Positions 22,105-36,864 of a stretch of DNA of 64,000 bases are shown here, one piece after another (the first letter of the stretch is position 1; each line of letters opens with the position of its first letter). The DNA is from Balanoglossus misakiensis. Its lineage: Eukaryota > Animalia > Hemichordata. The notes below the pieces were generated by a model. That model was not told where the DNA came from. It ran no database searches and was given only the letters and a program-made list of their open reading frames with translations. The stretch lies in NCBI GenBank assembly GCA_040954595.2, contig CM082586.2:5132509-5196508 (forward strand), in the 5' to 3' direction. The position numbers and the translations under genes were made by a program.

Positions 22105-25100
22105 AATTATGGCGGCGGACCTGCAAAACTACAAAATTAGATGGAACATGTTTTAAACTGAAATAAAAAGGAATGTTTTTGATATTGTTATTGCCAAACC
22201 ATTTATCAATATGTAACACGCATGATACTACCCAATGACGTCTATAAACACGTGAAGGCAATTGGTAGATTCTTACGTTTGTCGGAAATACTTGTGATTA
22301 GTGGATTGGATCCTACTGATCAAGCATTACTCAGTCCTGTCCAGAACCTGCAGGAGGCCACAGCTGGAAACCAGATCCGCTAATTATATTCCTGGATGTT
22401 AAGTTCACAATCTGAAATTACATAAAAAATATACCTCCCATGTGGAATAAACTGTGATTAACATAAAATCCTCATCTGTTGTGTTTTTGCGTCAGTGTCC
22501 TCGTTGCAACTCGATTTCGGCTTTGTTTCCCCTGTTTGGGCAGGATTGTCAACAGCCGAAGGGCTCTGAAGCCTACCTGAAACTTAGCGCATTCGTTTGA
22601 GTGTTGACAAAAGTTAAGGTTTTAAACATGTTCTCTGTTATATACGCATCAATTTCATACGTGTATGACAGAAATGGTTGTTAACGACACCGAAGACGTA
22701 TCAATCTTCTAAAAGTTTTATTCCCGTGAATGCATCTCAGTTTTGAAAAACATAGATAGCATCAATAAATAATGAAAATGAACCCAGCGTTTGCTACCTG
22801 CGTGCACTAAATCCACATCTTTCGTTTCGATCCCATGCATATTAGATGGCGCTTTTACGAGAGATGTAATAGCTTCTGTAAAATATTGAACACTTTCTAT
22901 TAACCGTTCTCTGGATGCCTTGGAGCAGTTCATAATACACACAGTAAGCTCCGTTGATTATTTGACCTCGCAAATATTGTATGATAAGCCGAATAAATTT
23001 GTCTGGCAAGATAGCAATATATAAGAATGTTTTGCATAAATCGTACAAAGGAGGCACGAATATATGCCTGTTCGTTAACTCAGATTTATGTATGTCCAGG
23101 AACGCCAATTGTATTAAAATCTTTCTTTCATCTCTGTGTGACAACTCGTGATGGGTACAGATAAAGAAAGTTTGAAATATTTCTGATTTTCGCTTTCTGA
23201 TTTTTCACGATCATGTTTTTTTTCTCAGGTGGGCATTGTGTGGAATATACGCGTGATAAATGTTGAAACGGAGACACGATGTTCCCCGCTACGAACGACA
23301 GGTAAATGTGGGTTTTCACTCAAACTGTTTGTTTGCCTTCATTATGCGCCCTGAAATAATGAGGACTTTCGTTATCTTTAATGAGCTATAGATTTTAAAA
23401 CTTAATTGATCCCAGAGTCGTGTTTATCAAACGTTTCCTTGTGTTCTTGATTGTGACTTTCTCGGAAGGTCACGTTTTACTGAGATCCCTTCCCTTGAAC
23501 CAGACCCTTGAAAAGTCATGGTGGAAACTGTTCCTGCAATTAGACGGAAGTTCAGATCATAAAATCTAATTCAGGCGCCATTTTGACGACAAACATTATC
23601 AGAAAAATACTGAGCTTTTCAGATTATACTTATAGTAGCCTAAGGTTTCTGGCCCATTTATTGTGAACGTACATGTCGACCAGGCAGAAATTCTGCACTG
23701 GCAAAGGGTACTGCTTTATTCAAGGATGTTACTTTGAGTTTAATCGACTGCAAGAAAAACACGATGTACCATTTAATGCTGACAAATCCAGCGTTAAAAA
23801 CTGCGCCATGGCATAGTGTTGATTGGATAAACCTATTTAAGAAGAATAAATTCAATTTCCCGTGAAGATCGAACAGGGACTCTTAAGTTAATGGACATGT
23901 CAAGCTGGCCTCTTCAGGTAGATCTGTCTTTGCCGAAAACATGACATTTTCCTTTGTGTGTTTTAATTACTAATTTTGACTCTTTTGAGCATTAAATCGC
24001 TGGCGATGCGGCATTAACACGGTTGAAAATATTGCTTCAACGGCTTCATAATTGATAACTCGCACTTTCCAAGGACAAGAAACTAAACAATCAGCAGTGT
24101 TAGTGGGAATGTTGAGGGTTGGTGTAAAGGGAATCGTAATTGTTAAAAGTCTTCAGGGAGTTTGATTGTACCCTTGAAACTGACGGTTTTCCTATAGGTA
24201 ACAATCATTTCTTTAAACTACTGTAATATTGGATGTATGTTGAGTCACGGGCGCATAAACCGACGAAAGTTAAGCATTTGCGCAGACTCGAACTATGTGA
24301 AAAACAACGAAATGTTAAAAGACTTGGCTGATGGTTTCTGCTGATGGTTGTGATCCCCATTTTACATACTCCGCAGTAACTATAAAATCTTACTGCAAGT
24401 GTTGAATGTCTCTTCTATCACAATCTTTGTGAGCTCGGAAAACAGTAGTAAACGAGGTGTTATGGCGATTTTTCTTTGAAAGCATTAATGTTGACCCTGA
24501 TATTAGCGTGCAAATCCTATTTTCACGACTCTTTCGGGAAAAAGCTATCAACATGAAATATTTAGGCCTAATGCGTCGAATTTGAAGATTGTTTGATAAC
24601 AGAATACAAGGTTTGACTTTATCGCGGAGTTTGTAATTTTTTGCGATGATACGCAGTTACAATTACTCGAGACCCTAACTTACATGCAAGCCTACTATAC
24701 AATTAAAGTGTACAACATAAAATAGTGATTTACGGACTTGACCGCTGTTGGCATCTGATATGGATAGGCGAGGGAGACATTTGGTCATATTTGACGTCTT
24801 GTAAACACTTCTATTATAAAGTTGAGGAGGGCCATTTCAAATGAAATGGTAGTTTAACAACTCATGCACGTCGTCGTCAAGTGAAATATCACATGTCAAC
24901 GTATGGCATGTGCATAATGTCGTGTGTACAAACATTAGTGTAATGCAAAGTAAAAACCATATTTTGCAATGACATAATTATCTTGTAGCAGTTACTCTTT
25001 GTGCCTAGTGTCTGTCTTGCTAACATCTTGTCTCATACCCACAGCCGTAGACGGGACAACACCCACGCTGGAATACTCAAGTTAAACTTTTGTGTCCGGA

Positions 25101-25200
25101 CCCACAAGCCAGCTGCTGACCAATCACAGGGCTACCGGTACAAGTCAGTCGAGCAACATCACGTGAGTTTATATTTTATCCCCTTGGTTGCAGTGCAACT

Positions 25201-26118
25201 GTGAATGTCTGTGTTGGCAGACTTAACCTTTACACCCCCAGTTCTCTTAATAAATGTCCAAACTTTCCATAGAAAATGATGGGTTTGGACTGAACCATGG
25301 TGGTGAAAGGGTTGACTCTGGCCACACAAACATCACTGTTTCTGTGCAGATTGTGAACATCTTTGTGGGCAGACTTAAACCCTTACACCCCCAGTTCTCG
25401 TTACAGAGGTCCAAACTTTCCATGAAAAATGATGGGTTTGGACTGAACCATAGTGGTGAAAGGGTTGACTCTGGCCAAACAGACATCACTGTTTCTGTGC
25501 GGCTTGTGAACATCAGTGTGGGCAGACTTAAACCTTACACCCCCAGTTCTCAGTATAGAGGTCCAAACTTTCCATAGAAAATGATGGGTTTGGACTGAAC
25601 CATGGTGGTGAAAGGGTTAACTCTGGCCACACAGACATCACTGTTTCTGTGCAGCTTGTGAACATCTTTGTGGGCAGACTTAAACCCTTACACCCCCAGT
25701 TCTCTCAATAAATGTCCAAAATTTCCATAGAAAATGATGGGTTTGGACTGAACCATGGTGGTGAAAGGGTTGACTCTGGCCACACAGACATCACTGTTTC
25801 TGTGCAGCTTGTGAACATCTTTGTGGGCAGACTTAAACCCTTACACCCCCAGTTCTCTCAATAAATGTCCAAAATTTCCATAGAAAATGATGGGTTTGGA
25901 CTGAACCATGGTGGTGAAAGGGTTAACTCTGGCCACACAGACATCACTGTTTCTGTACAGCTTGTGAACATCTTTGTGGGCAGACTTAAACCCTTACACC
26001 CCCAGTTCTCTCAATAAAGTTCCAAACTTTCCATAGAAAATGATGGGTTTGGACTGAACCATGTTGGTGAAAGGGTTGACTCTGCCCATACAGACATCAC
26101 TGTTTCTGTGCAGATTGT
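25201..26118. repeat. Tandem satellite, 153-bp unit, ~6 copies
   Basis: gggtttggactgaacc recurs at 25281, 25434, 25586, 25739, 25892, 26045 (spacing 152-153 bp). Whole units are near-identical. Confidence 0.97.
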
Positions 26119-29100
26119 TTTTTAAGGCAGCATATAAGTCACTACCAGATGGAAAACGTCGATTGTCACGTCCTTTAGACAGCGCAGTCAGACAGCCACC
26201 GTTTCATTTGTTGTTCTCCTCGGCGATGTTCTTTGTAGCGTGACGAACGAGAGTACTATGAAGCTGTCAATCACCATAAATAGTGCAGACTAATCCCAGT
26301 TCGAACGTACTTGGCGTTGCTGTGACAAGTAGTCGACAAACAGATTGTATCTGATAAGAGCCTAGTGGATAAAAGAGTATCTTAAAATGCTGCATATTAG
26401 GCTTATCTAGGGTTTTTATGTCTTGTTGGCGAGAAGAGTTCCAAGCATGTTAATCACATAATCACAAGACGTAGAGAGAAAATGTCGACTCAGTTTTCGT
26501 GAAAACGTCGTTAACTTGGTGAAATTGAGCGGAAGATCTTGGTGAACATGAGCGTATTGCGAATTGTTATTTGCTTTGTTCCAAGGACGTAGACTTCTTG
26601 TTACAAAAAAAATAACACACCTTGTGTGTCCTCATGCCAATAATATTTTCGTCGATTCAATAGTCGCATGATGATAATGAGCATGCATCTTTGTGCAATC
26701 ACTGCAAACGCATAGAGTTCACAAAGGGTTCAAGGAAAACAATTATAAAACCTAATTGCAACCATGTCATTATACAAGTATTGATTTTAACCGGAAGATA
26801 TAATTCCAGTGGCATGCATGTCTGTGGATGCGATAAACACAACTGTATATTCGATGTAGCATACTCAGTAGGTCTTCCATTTAATTAGGATCAGATTCGA
26901 TTTACAATTACCGATGTCCATCTCATGGTTAGAAACTGAACTCTGATTTCATTGTCTCAGAGACAATGATATTTTAAGTTGCACAGTCAATTTGTGGCTA
27001 TTGATTCACGTGATTAACTTTAGTCAAGATGCACGCGCTAATAATACAACTAACATTAACTTCTGTGTTAGCTTTCAGTAGGTCTCAATGTCAACTGCTT
27101 GTGTATATTGTCCACACAGCCTACCTGTTTTTTGTCCTTTGGTCTTATTCCCAAAGTACTGTATGTTCCTCAGTACACTGTATTATATTTACAGACTGCA
27201 AAAGCATTTCCATGTAAGCTAATGTGTCCAATCAATACGTTACTTGCCTATCAAACTAACGCTTAGATCAATAGAATTCACTTGAATGGCACTAAGCAAT
27301 ACTAGGTTCCTATACCCCTGCCACCCAAGACCGATGAATACTTGTCTTATTCACGCCACCTTAAAGATTTGTCCTGATCTAGGGAATCGTGCCTGTTGAA
27401 GGTAGTTTTCAGACATAATTTTGTGGTCATTGCTTATTCAGTACTGATCAGTCAATGCTGGCGGTTTATTATGTTTTCCTTTAAGTTGTTTATCTGTATT
27501 GTTTCTAAGTAGTTGACGAAAAGCACACATTCTTTAGACATAGGTGTTGCAGTCTAGACCTAAATGCATTGAAATAGTGAACAGCAACTACATGTCACTT
27601 AAACCTGAGATTAAAGACCACACCGCTATTTCTTATTCTTTGCAAAAATGTAACATTTGCCTTTATGTCATTGTCTAGGAGAGTGAGGAATATATGTGAG
27701 TGATGGCACCACACTACTGCTGGTGGGATTCTGATTTTCCACCCATCACAAATTCCCCCCAGATAAATATCTATCACCCAGTGACAGTCATAAAAGTAAT
27801 CATGCAGGCAGCCCTGGGATTAATGCACAGCCCTCGAGTCAAACCATGTTAAATGTATTCATTAAAATTACACCTCAGGGTGGGACCTCACTAATGTAAA
27901 AAGGATGTGATACCTCATTACATTATGCTTAATAGGTTTTGTGAGTTAAATATTAAGGAGTTTGTTTTTAAAATTGCAGTGATTAATTGAAGCAATCATT
28001 GCACTTGTAAAGCAATGCCAGAATGATTGATTTGAAATTTGAACCACACAGCATTTTTAGCTTGAGATACTGTGTTTGGACAGACTGCAGTCAGCCATTG
28101 CTTTATCGCATGACATCACAGTAAATATACTCACAGAATGACAGAACTTTAGCCGGATCAGCCTGAGTAATGCAGGACATTGGTGTATTAAACTAACCTT
28201 TGTTCCGATAGAGGTTGTATCTCACACGTTCCTGTATTTCGCCTAATAGATAATGTTCACTACCTCATCTCAGAAGGCAGCTGTCTGACACAAAATTTGT
28301 GATGCATTCACACTTAACCAATCGTGATATGCGGATCTGCAGATTTTCAAGCGCTATTTTGTCACCAGTGTCTCGACATACATCTCATTTTACCTGATAA
28401 TCTACGCAAAATCCCAATATATGTTAACGTATATCACCATAGCCCTTTCCAGTTACAGTAAAAGCACACTTTTGAAAAATTGAATATCCTTTTAAAGCAT
28501 CAAGTAACGAAACCTTATGTGAAACCGGAGGACGATTGAGACATCGATATGGAAAACTACACATTTTTTATACAAGATAACATTATCATCGAAGACACAA
28601 GGAGGGGGAAATATATGCCTTTCAGCAAAATTTTCCTTTACTCATGTTCCATTACCCATGAGGACTGTCAATTTCTTGTAAGACATACCGGGTATATACA
28701 GAATATAGCATAATCTCAGAATTGCTCTCCCGTTTCATCAAGCTACCTAACACCTACAAGATATAAGGTTGCCAAAAATGGCACCCATTGATTTGAAGGA
28801 ACGACGATTTATACTTCATGCTCTGCATGTCAATTGACAATATGCGCCTACACATTCTTGTTGCCGTTTGCATTAGAGAAACACGCTTCAACAAATTATT
28901 GGGGCGTGTACAAAGGTACCGGCAGTAAAACGTAGGGTCGGTAGTTGATTGAACATACTCTTTATGTGTACCTAATATAATTTAATAACAGCAAATAAAC
29001 CTGTCATTAAGTTAAATAAAAAGGGACCGTCTGTCAGAAGCCGCCCTACTCAAGTGCATTAAGTATTTAACCTCACCCAACCTCCAAGCATATAAATGTT

Positions 29101-32100
29101 CACAAAATCAAACGTTTAAGAGCTAACATGACCACGTCGATGCTAATGGCAATTTAAATGTGTCTGCAGTAGTAAAATAAAAACCGAATAGTCTCCCAAG
29201 GTGGTAGTACGCCACCCTACCATGGAACTCAGCAATCTTTATTAGCAACTTCATTATCAAGCTTTTGCTGGAGGATTACATAAGTGTGTATATTCGTTTA
29301 CGAGATTACGTCATGGTGAATCACTGTTATTAAAGGGCAAGACACTGTCTTTAAGGACAAATGTTTCAAAACAGTAACCCTAATGTATACGGAGTTGGAC
29401 GATAAGGAACTACTAAAATCGAAGCAGAAAATTACCCGGGCTGGTCACAAATAAGGGTTCTCATGATTGCGATTAGATGGAGCAGGTGGATGGACAGGAT
29501 CAGTATAATTTGTCCTTGGTTTGATGAACTGTTATGTATAGAATGATGAAGGCATAAGCCCATCGTTATGTGCTTGGGTAAGTGTACATTTGGAAATATA
29601 GATGTCTGCAAATCTGATGTGTTTCTTTTTAGGAGAGTGTATTGCAGTGGATATGAGATATGAATTTCAACTACCCATGACTTGTCTCGATGGCATCACT
29701 ATTTGGGTCAAACTCAATTCTCGAACTTCATTCACGATTCTCATTAGGAGAAGGTCCATTGTATAGTGCACCAGTCACCTTCTCCAACCACTCAAATGTT
29801 TCGTGCGCAGTGCGCAGATTTACAGTGAAGATAATTTGTCAAGCACATTTTTTTAAAGTAGATGACGTATTTCTCTTTAAGTTCACATTGCGTGCCAGAT
29901 TTGATAGGTATCATTTGCGTCGTGAAAGGGTAAGAACTTCAAAAGGGACACAAAAAGGACAAAGTTCGGTGCTCAAATGGAGACATAATGCCTCCAGTGG
30001 ATGGGCACTACAGAATTTGAATCGAGTTTTCATTTCTTGCAAGGCAGATTGACCGATTTAATCCAAAGGAAGCTTTGGGGGAGAAATAACCACTGTACCT
30101 ATATACAAGCTTGAAGAGGGATTTTTAATTTCAACATAGTGTGTCATTAAAATGTGAGTATCATTGTCAGCAGAGGCGCTGTCCCAGAGATGTAAGCAAC
30201 GTCGACTATGGCTGGTTTTATGCAAGTTGCATTGCTTAAGGCAGTTTTCTTGAACTGCAAATTTGTTTTCCGATGCATCTCAGGAACGAGACCTGCGGTG
30301 GGTGAATTCCACAATGAATCGGATTCTGCACCCCAGTATCATTAGATACAATGAGGCTTCCCCATAACAAAGACCGCGTGCAGTAAGCGCATAGAACTAA
30401 TACGTCGTTAGGCATGTCGGATGGCCCTGATACTCGCTTCGAAGTAATGGAACATACTAAAATCGTAAGATTTACAACCCAAAATAACTAGAACACAAAT
30501 TTGACTTTAATAGCTTTGTTTGATCAAAATATAAAAGGTGACCTTTAGTGTTTCGGGGTTGTTCGTCAAAATGTATTCATTCCAAAAAACGGTAAATACG
30601 AAATGGCTTCATTTGGATTCGTCCCGTGGGCACAACGTGGCATTTAGGTTCTTTCATCGGAGACGTCGGTGGGCTTTGAAGTAATATTGTCGTTACTTGG
30701 CAAATTTTGTGCCTGGATAACTAACTGTTTTGAGCTTGCCTTTCTGTTAAGGAGAGTCTGTTTGTGTATGTAACACTTGGCCATAATGTTGTGCAGTTCT
30801 AGTGATGTGTGTAGACGTCAGCATAAAAAAGACAGGTGCGTACATTTTGATTTTAGTTTGTTTTACACTTTTAGAGGGGAAGGGGGTGTCAGAACTGCAC
30901 ATGGGCAACTTTTCATTTTTGAACACACCATCGGTATTGCTTCCAAAGTTCCGGGAGACCATGCCAACCAAAACAAGTTATATCAAAGGAACTTAGCCTT
31001 CACAGGTAATGGCAACTTTGTAAGATCGGTACGCCTGACACTCTCCCTGTCAACAGATTACAAGATAAGTTGATATTACTCCCCCTGTAAATGAACTCTA
31101 GTGGCGTGACCCCGATGATCCCCAATTCCCATGATGCGCGATAAGATATTAAACTTCCTGTCATATGAAATTAAATCTCTTTCGTGAAGCAGGAGACTAA
31201 TATATTACCTCGTTAATGACTCAGTCGTGCGTAACGTCACTTTTCTTGTGGGACTTTCACTGCCGTCATAATGACCACTGACGAACACAAGTGTCTCATA
31301 AAAATCTGAGGTCGGGGGTTTGTGTGTTGGCTTAGTAACAGGACATAGCCAGGTATTTGCACTTTGTCATTCATATTCCCCACAGAATAGCAGGGTATAT
31401 CAAGTGTATGGCTAGTGTCATGTGCTTCTAGGTCTCTTAACAAGTTTACATTGAATCCCAGCTTTTATGGCATGACGTATTTTCCCCGGGATATATGGCA
31501 AAAGCTGAAGACGACTGACATAAACTCACAGGGTTTTGCTGCACGAGCGATTCATATATCGTAATAAGCATCATACATGTCGTGTTACCCCTCCAGCCAA
31601 GGATGTACGGTTTTCGTAAACATCATAAACCCTCTCTATACTTACTCATTAAACATGAAATTGGACCTTAGCTTTGCAAGAAGATTGGATTTGATGATTT
31701 CATATCAGATTTCCAGGCGAGATTTGCATCAGAAGACACGGATCCGAAAAAGTGGGGGAATATAAGATAGTTAGATTTTCTTTTATAGAATTTTAAGCCC
31801 CAAGAGTAATTTGATATTAGAATGGACAGGAAATGGTGCATGGTGAGTCGTTCAAAGCAGAGTATGATCAGTTCATCTCTCAGTATGTTACTGTTTTGCT
31901 AATGTTGTTACAAATCACACGCTGTGCACTCATCACAGATGAGCAGTCAGAACTTCCACCTCAAATAATTCACTTTACGAGCTACTGATGCTTCCATTTG
32001 CTAAACGTTTTTCTTGCGCTGATAAGAGTCACTTTTTTGCAAATCTTGTTGACACCGGGTTACAAAAGCGATGCAGTGGGTGTTCAACATCCCTATTGTT

Positions 32101-35100
32101 GTGCATCACTGTGTACATTAGTCGGCTGTGTTTGTAGTTCCATCAGGCGCGATGACGGCAAGATGCTTTACCAATGTATGATCCATCTGTATAATCGTGT
32201 TTCCCGTGTATAACACATTGTTGGGTACATAAAGCAATTTAAATTAGAAACAGCATGACTCCTGTACTCGACTCTCTTCTTGACGTTCATTCTATGTGAT
32301 CTCAACGGCGTTGCTGGAGAAAATTGCCTGTTAACAATTAAGACGAAGTCCCAGCATGATCAGCGCAATATTTGCTTTGCAACGCTTTGGATGCCTTTTT
32401 GTGTGTCATGGACAGTACCTAGCATGAAGCTTCATCTGTTCCATTCACAGTTTCCATGTTTATACCTTTATAAGCTGAGCACCAACTTTACTGACGTCAC
32501 AAATTCCACTTCAAAAACAGTAGTTTTAGGTTTACGAACTTTCTAATACTCCATTTCCTAAAGGTTGTATGAACTTTGCATGTCTAATAGCAAAAAAAGT
32601 CATTCATTACATATTCACATCACAGCTCACCACATAAAGAGCTGAAACCATTTCATGTGTTGATGGAAACCAAGTAATTAAGGCGGAAACAAAATGAGGT
32701 AACATTTGAGCCTATAATCACGAATGATATACAACATATCCGTTTCCCTCCAAGCATACTGTATACTTAAATTGGCACAGCACATTCTGTGATGCGGACA
32801 CTGGCAGTCAATTAATTACACAAAACAGGACAACTTTAGTGAAAAGTCGGAAATAATCTATTAACCCACATTTAATACAGAACCCTTATCTCCGTGGTGC
32901 AATAATTGTGTAAGCGAAGGCAGATTAAATAGCTCTGCAAAACCCAACCATTAACGGTTTGCAATAAATCAAGTATACCCACCATTGACTTTCAATTGCT
33001 AAATATCTGAAGTCAAAAAAATTGTGATTCATAATTTAGTTCTGAGGAATGCATTAAACAGACAAGGGTAGCCATTACAGTTTTGGTGCTTGATGCTCTG
33101 TGTCCTATGTCCCACAAAATTTGAGGTCGGCACATGCGTAAGGAATGAGTCCGCAAATGGCTCTCCCAGTTTCAATATACCTCAGGCGGCTTGATCATTT
33201 GAGGCTTTCCGTTCTCCCATTTTCCGAATTGATAGTCATGAAATCACCCACATCTATCAACCTGAAGTAGGGGCTCTCTGGCATTATCCTGAAAAACGGG
33301 TGAATTATTTTCCCTGAACAATTTCCGACCAAAATGCCAGTAATAGCTTCCAAAGCTCCTCACAAGCCGTTATTAAGCACCTGATTCTTCCCGCCCCAGT
33401 GCGTGCACACTTGCATGGTAATGACGGTTTCGCCGTTAATGTGCTCCTGGCAAACCCTTTTGCCGTGCACACTCGAAGGTAAGGTGGGGTTGTTTAGTTG
33501 GTAACTGCATCTCTGCCATTTAGATTAAAGGTGTACTGTGACCACCAATTTACATGAACCACCCACTGAAATTAATTTTAATGTTGCAGAAAGTTGTCCA
33601 CATGAAAAGTAATCAGACTTTAAGCAATGATTTGCGGACAGAAATTAAAAGAAAATTTATAACAGGAACTGCTATTGTTGGCCAAAGTATCCCTGTCCAA
33701 TATCCCCCCCCTGAAACCAAACATGCTGTGACAACTCAGTTTTGCTCAAGTAAATAATGTCCCTATGACCAGAACTGTGTCCCCAAACGTACGCTTATAC
33801 CCGATTGTTCCTACATATTTCCTACCTTAAACAGGACTCCTATGTCTTGAGAATGCCGTGCTGCGCCCGACGAACAAGATTACACAATATCTCAACATAT
33901 AAGGACGCAACGATGCACATGCGCTCTGGAATGATAACGTGACTCGAATAGAAATGATGGCGACAATCTGTGAGGACTCGCAGTCGAATACTTATTACCT
34001 ACCGCCTGTGCTCATTATCTACTAAATACAAGCAAATTGAAAAACCGCGTACCAGTCGTGTTCATTTAACGTAGCTACCGAGTGAAATCCACGGGAGATC
34101 CTTGCGAGAGATTATGTCTGTACTTGATGTGCACCACAGTTAATGTCAGACGAGGGTTCGCACCACTTGAAACTACCCATTAGGTAATCACTGCGCAAAT
34201 AGTACAATGAGAGCCGTGACTACTCTGTCTCTCTGATGCAGACGAGAGAGTTATTTTCAGCTTTTTGGAATAGGACATGGTACAAAAGAATCATACAAGA
34301 GAAGTACTTGAGTGAAACTTGTTGACCAGATGCAAGCTATTACCACGGCGCCTCTACAACGACACATGCCCTTCAGGTATATGCACACATATTAATTTAT
34401 TTGGGAGATATTTCTGCATGTTTAAAATTTGAAATGTAGATCATATTTCTTAACGTTAAACGCCCACGTACACCACATAATGTTGGAATTATTATCTCCA
34501 ACCACACGCAAACATTTGCAAAACTTACATTGACCAGAGAAACTGCGGCAGTTTGGCAGAACATAGGATTCAGATAGAAGCAAAAGAAGCGAGTTATAGG
34601 GATTCTTAAAAGCAAGAGATGAATAGAAAACCTACCGAACAAACAGAGTCTATGCAGCAAAACAGGAAACTATGCTTCGTCTGCTGCCTTTGACATTCAC
34701 ACTTCGACTGACAGTGAGTCTCAAAGAAGTGGTACGCCCTCTGTGATATTACTGCGTCATACATGTAATTGGATGGGTTTTACACAGTTGGCTGCCCAAT
34801 CTCATAATGCATGGTTAAACTGACTCGGCGAATAACTCCCGCCAAGAGCGAATGAAAATTGGGAATTTTTATAGCATATATTACACGGATATACCGGTAT
34901 AAACACACAGGGGGTATACATGGCTATATACATGCAGATACGCAGATGGTGGAATGTTGGTTGGAGTGGTTAGTTTTGTCAGTTTTCCGTAAAAGGGTAG
35001 CATGAGAAACAATAGAAGGGATATAATCTCTGCAATGTTGTTTTGTGAATCGGTTATATCTTACTCAGTTTGCAGGATTTTCTTCAATATAGAGAAAAAA

Positions 35101-36609
35101 GTAGACTGTCGTGTGGTTTCTATAGTAAATCGGGTTACCGGAAACACATTTTCTTGGCCTAAATGGTTTCTGCGAATTACAATGTGCATATGTGTTGCCT
35201 GCTCTCATTTTGTTTCGTCTTCCGCACGGTCTCCGACTGATCAGAGTTTTCACAGTTGCTGTGGGCATTATTGCGATTATTTAACCGGAACGGAGTTGAA
35301 ATAGTCAATCTTTACCCAATCGCTGCACGTGTTCTACCCCCTGGCTGTGGTTGGTTCACTAACGGCTAAAAGCTAACAGCCCCAACAGCCGATCATGCAA
35401 AATTTGGTTTTCAGACATCATGTTCATTTAATGTTCACTGTGCGCTGCAAGACCGTTTGGCTATATCATATAAAAAGTCACAAATCGCAATACCCCAACC
35501 AAAAGGACTCACCGACTTAATTTGCAAATATTACTTTTTCCAGTCACGCAACATTTATTAATCATAACAACGCAGATGTAACAACGGATCCGGATATGAA
35601 TCAGTTAATTTCACAGATGACTGCCAACACAGACTTGGTGCTGTAGGCACTGCACAGATGGTTAATGAATTATGATAAACAGCCCAAGCAATAAAAAAAC
35701 TCATCAAACAGATGTTACGAAAGGAAAATTGGACCAGGCTGAGAAAATATATAAAGAAGAAAATAATTATATTTGACTAAAGCTCGTAAGGAAAATATAC
35801 ACCACTTTGAGACAAATTCTAGTTGCGGCGTGAACATTTTCACGTAGATATACATGTATGACTAGTACGCACGCGCATGTTTATTTTCATCATTCATATA
35901 TGTAAGCAGATTTGACTTTAATACATTCTGCTCCCAACATACATGAAGACCTGGTATATGTTAAAAAGGTTATATATATATTGAGCAACAATGCGTAGAT
36001 TACAAGTATGCTACAGTCCTTCATGCAGACATTGTGTTAAAGGCGAAAAATTCTCAAAACTTCAAATTCGAGATTGTCAGGGCGGAGTAGAACAAGAAAA
36101 TACCAACTTGTGGCATTTTGGAGTCACTGATCATTCGGAAACTGACTAGACACAAGAAAGTTGAAGACGTCTCCCCAAGAAAGGCTTTGCGGACTAGGGA
36201 ATAGTTTAATTTAGATTAGGTGCATTTTCTTTCTACTGATTGAATTACTCCCGACATTATTATTTCAGAAGACATCATTACGGGGGGAAAACGAGATTTA
36301 TTTTCGAAAAGTCACGAGCGTACTCAAAAATAAACGTAATTGCGTAAACGAAGTCTTCTGTCCTGTGGTGTTCTTAAGGAACTGCCATTCAGGGAACATA
36401 TGTCGTATTGATCTAAGATTTTACACAAATAGAAATGTTCCCATATGGTTTTATGTGTCTTTGAAAGAAATGTTCGATGTTGCCCACTGGAAATGGAACG
36501 AAACAAATTAAGCCAGACAGAAGAAACAGTATAGAATTACCATCAATGAACATGCTAGATATTAACATGTGAACAAAATCTCTAAAACTTCTCGCATGTT
36601 ATGTCTCTC

Positions 36610-36864
36610 TATGTATGTATGTATGTATGTATGTATGTATGTATGTATGTATGTATGTATGTATGTATGTATGTATGTATGTATGTACCGTATGTATGTA
36701 TGTATGTATGTATGTATGTATGTATGTATGTATGTACCGTATGTATGTATGTATGTATGTATGTATGTATGTATGTATGTATGTATGTATGTATGTATGT
36801 ATGTATGTATGTATGTATGTATGTACCGTATGTATGTATGTATGTGTGTGTGTGTGTGTGTATG
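36610..36864. repeat. (TATG)n microsatellite with three TACCG interruptions, ending in (TG)n
   Basis: Direct reading. CC interruptions at 36688, 36737, 36826. Confidence 0.98.

Noticed and set aside
25201-26118. CRISPR array or repeat-protein gene
   Set aside because: Whole units are repeated with no unique spacers and no cas genes, in a eukaryotic context. The ORFs arise because 153 is a multiple of 3, and they are broken by stops and a 152-bp unit.
29330-29354. TTAAAGGGCA...TGTCTTTAA mini inverted repeat (also 13315-13352) as transposon footprints
   Set aside because: Too short to distinguish from chance without a repeat library.
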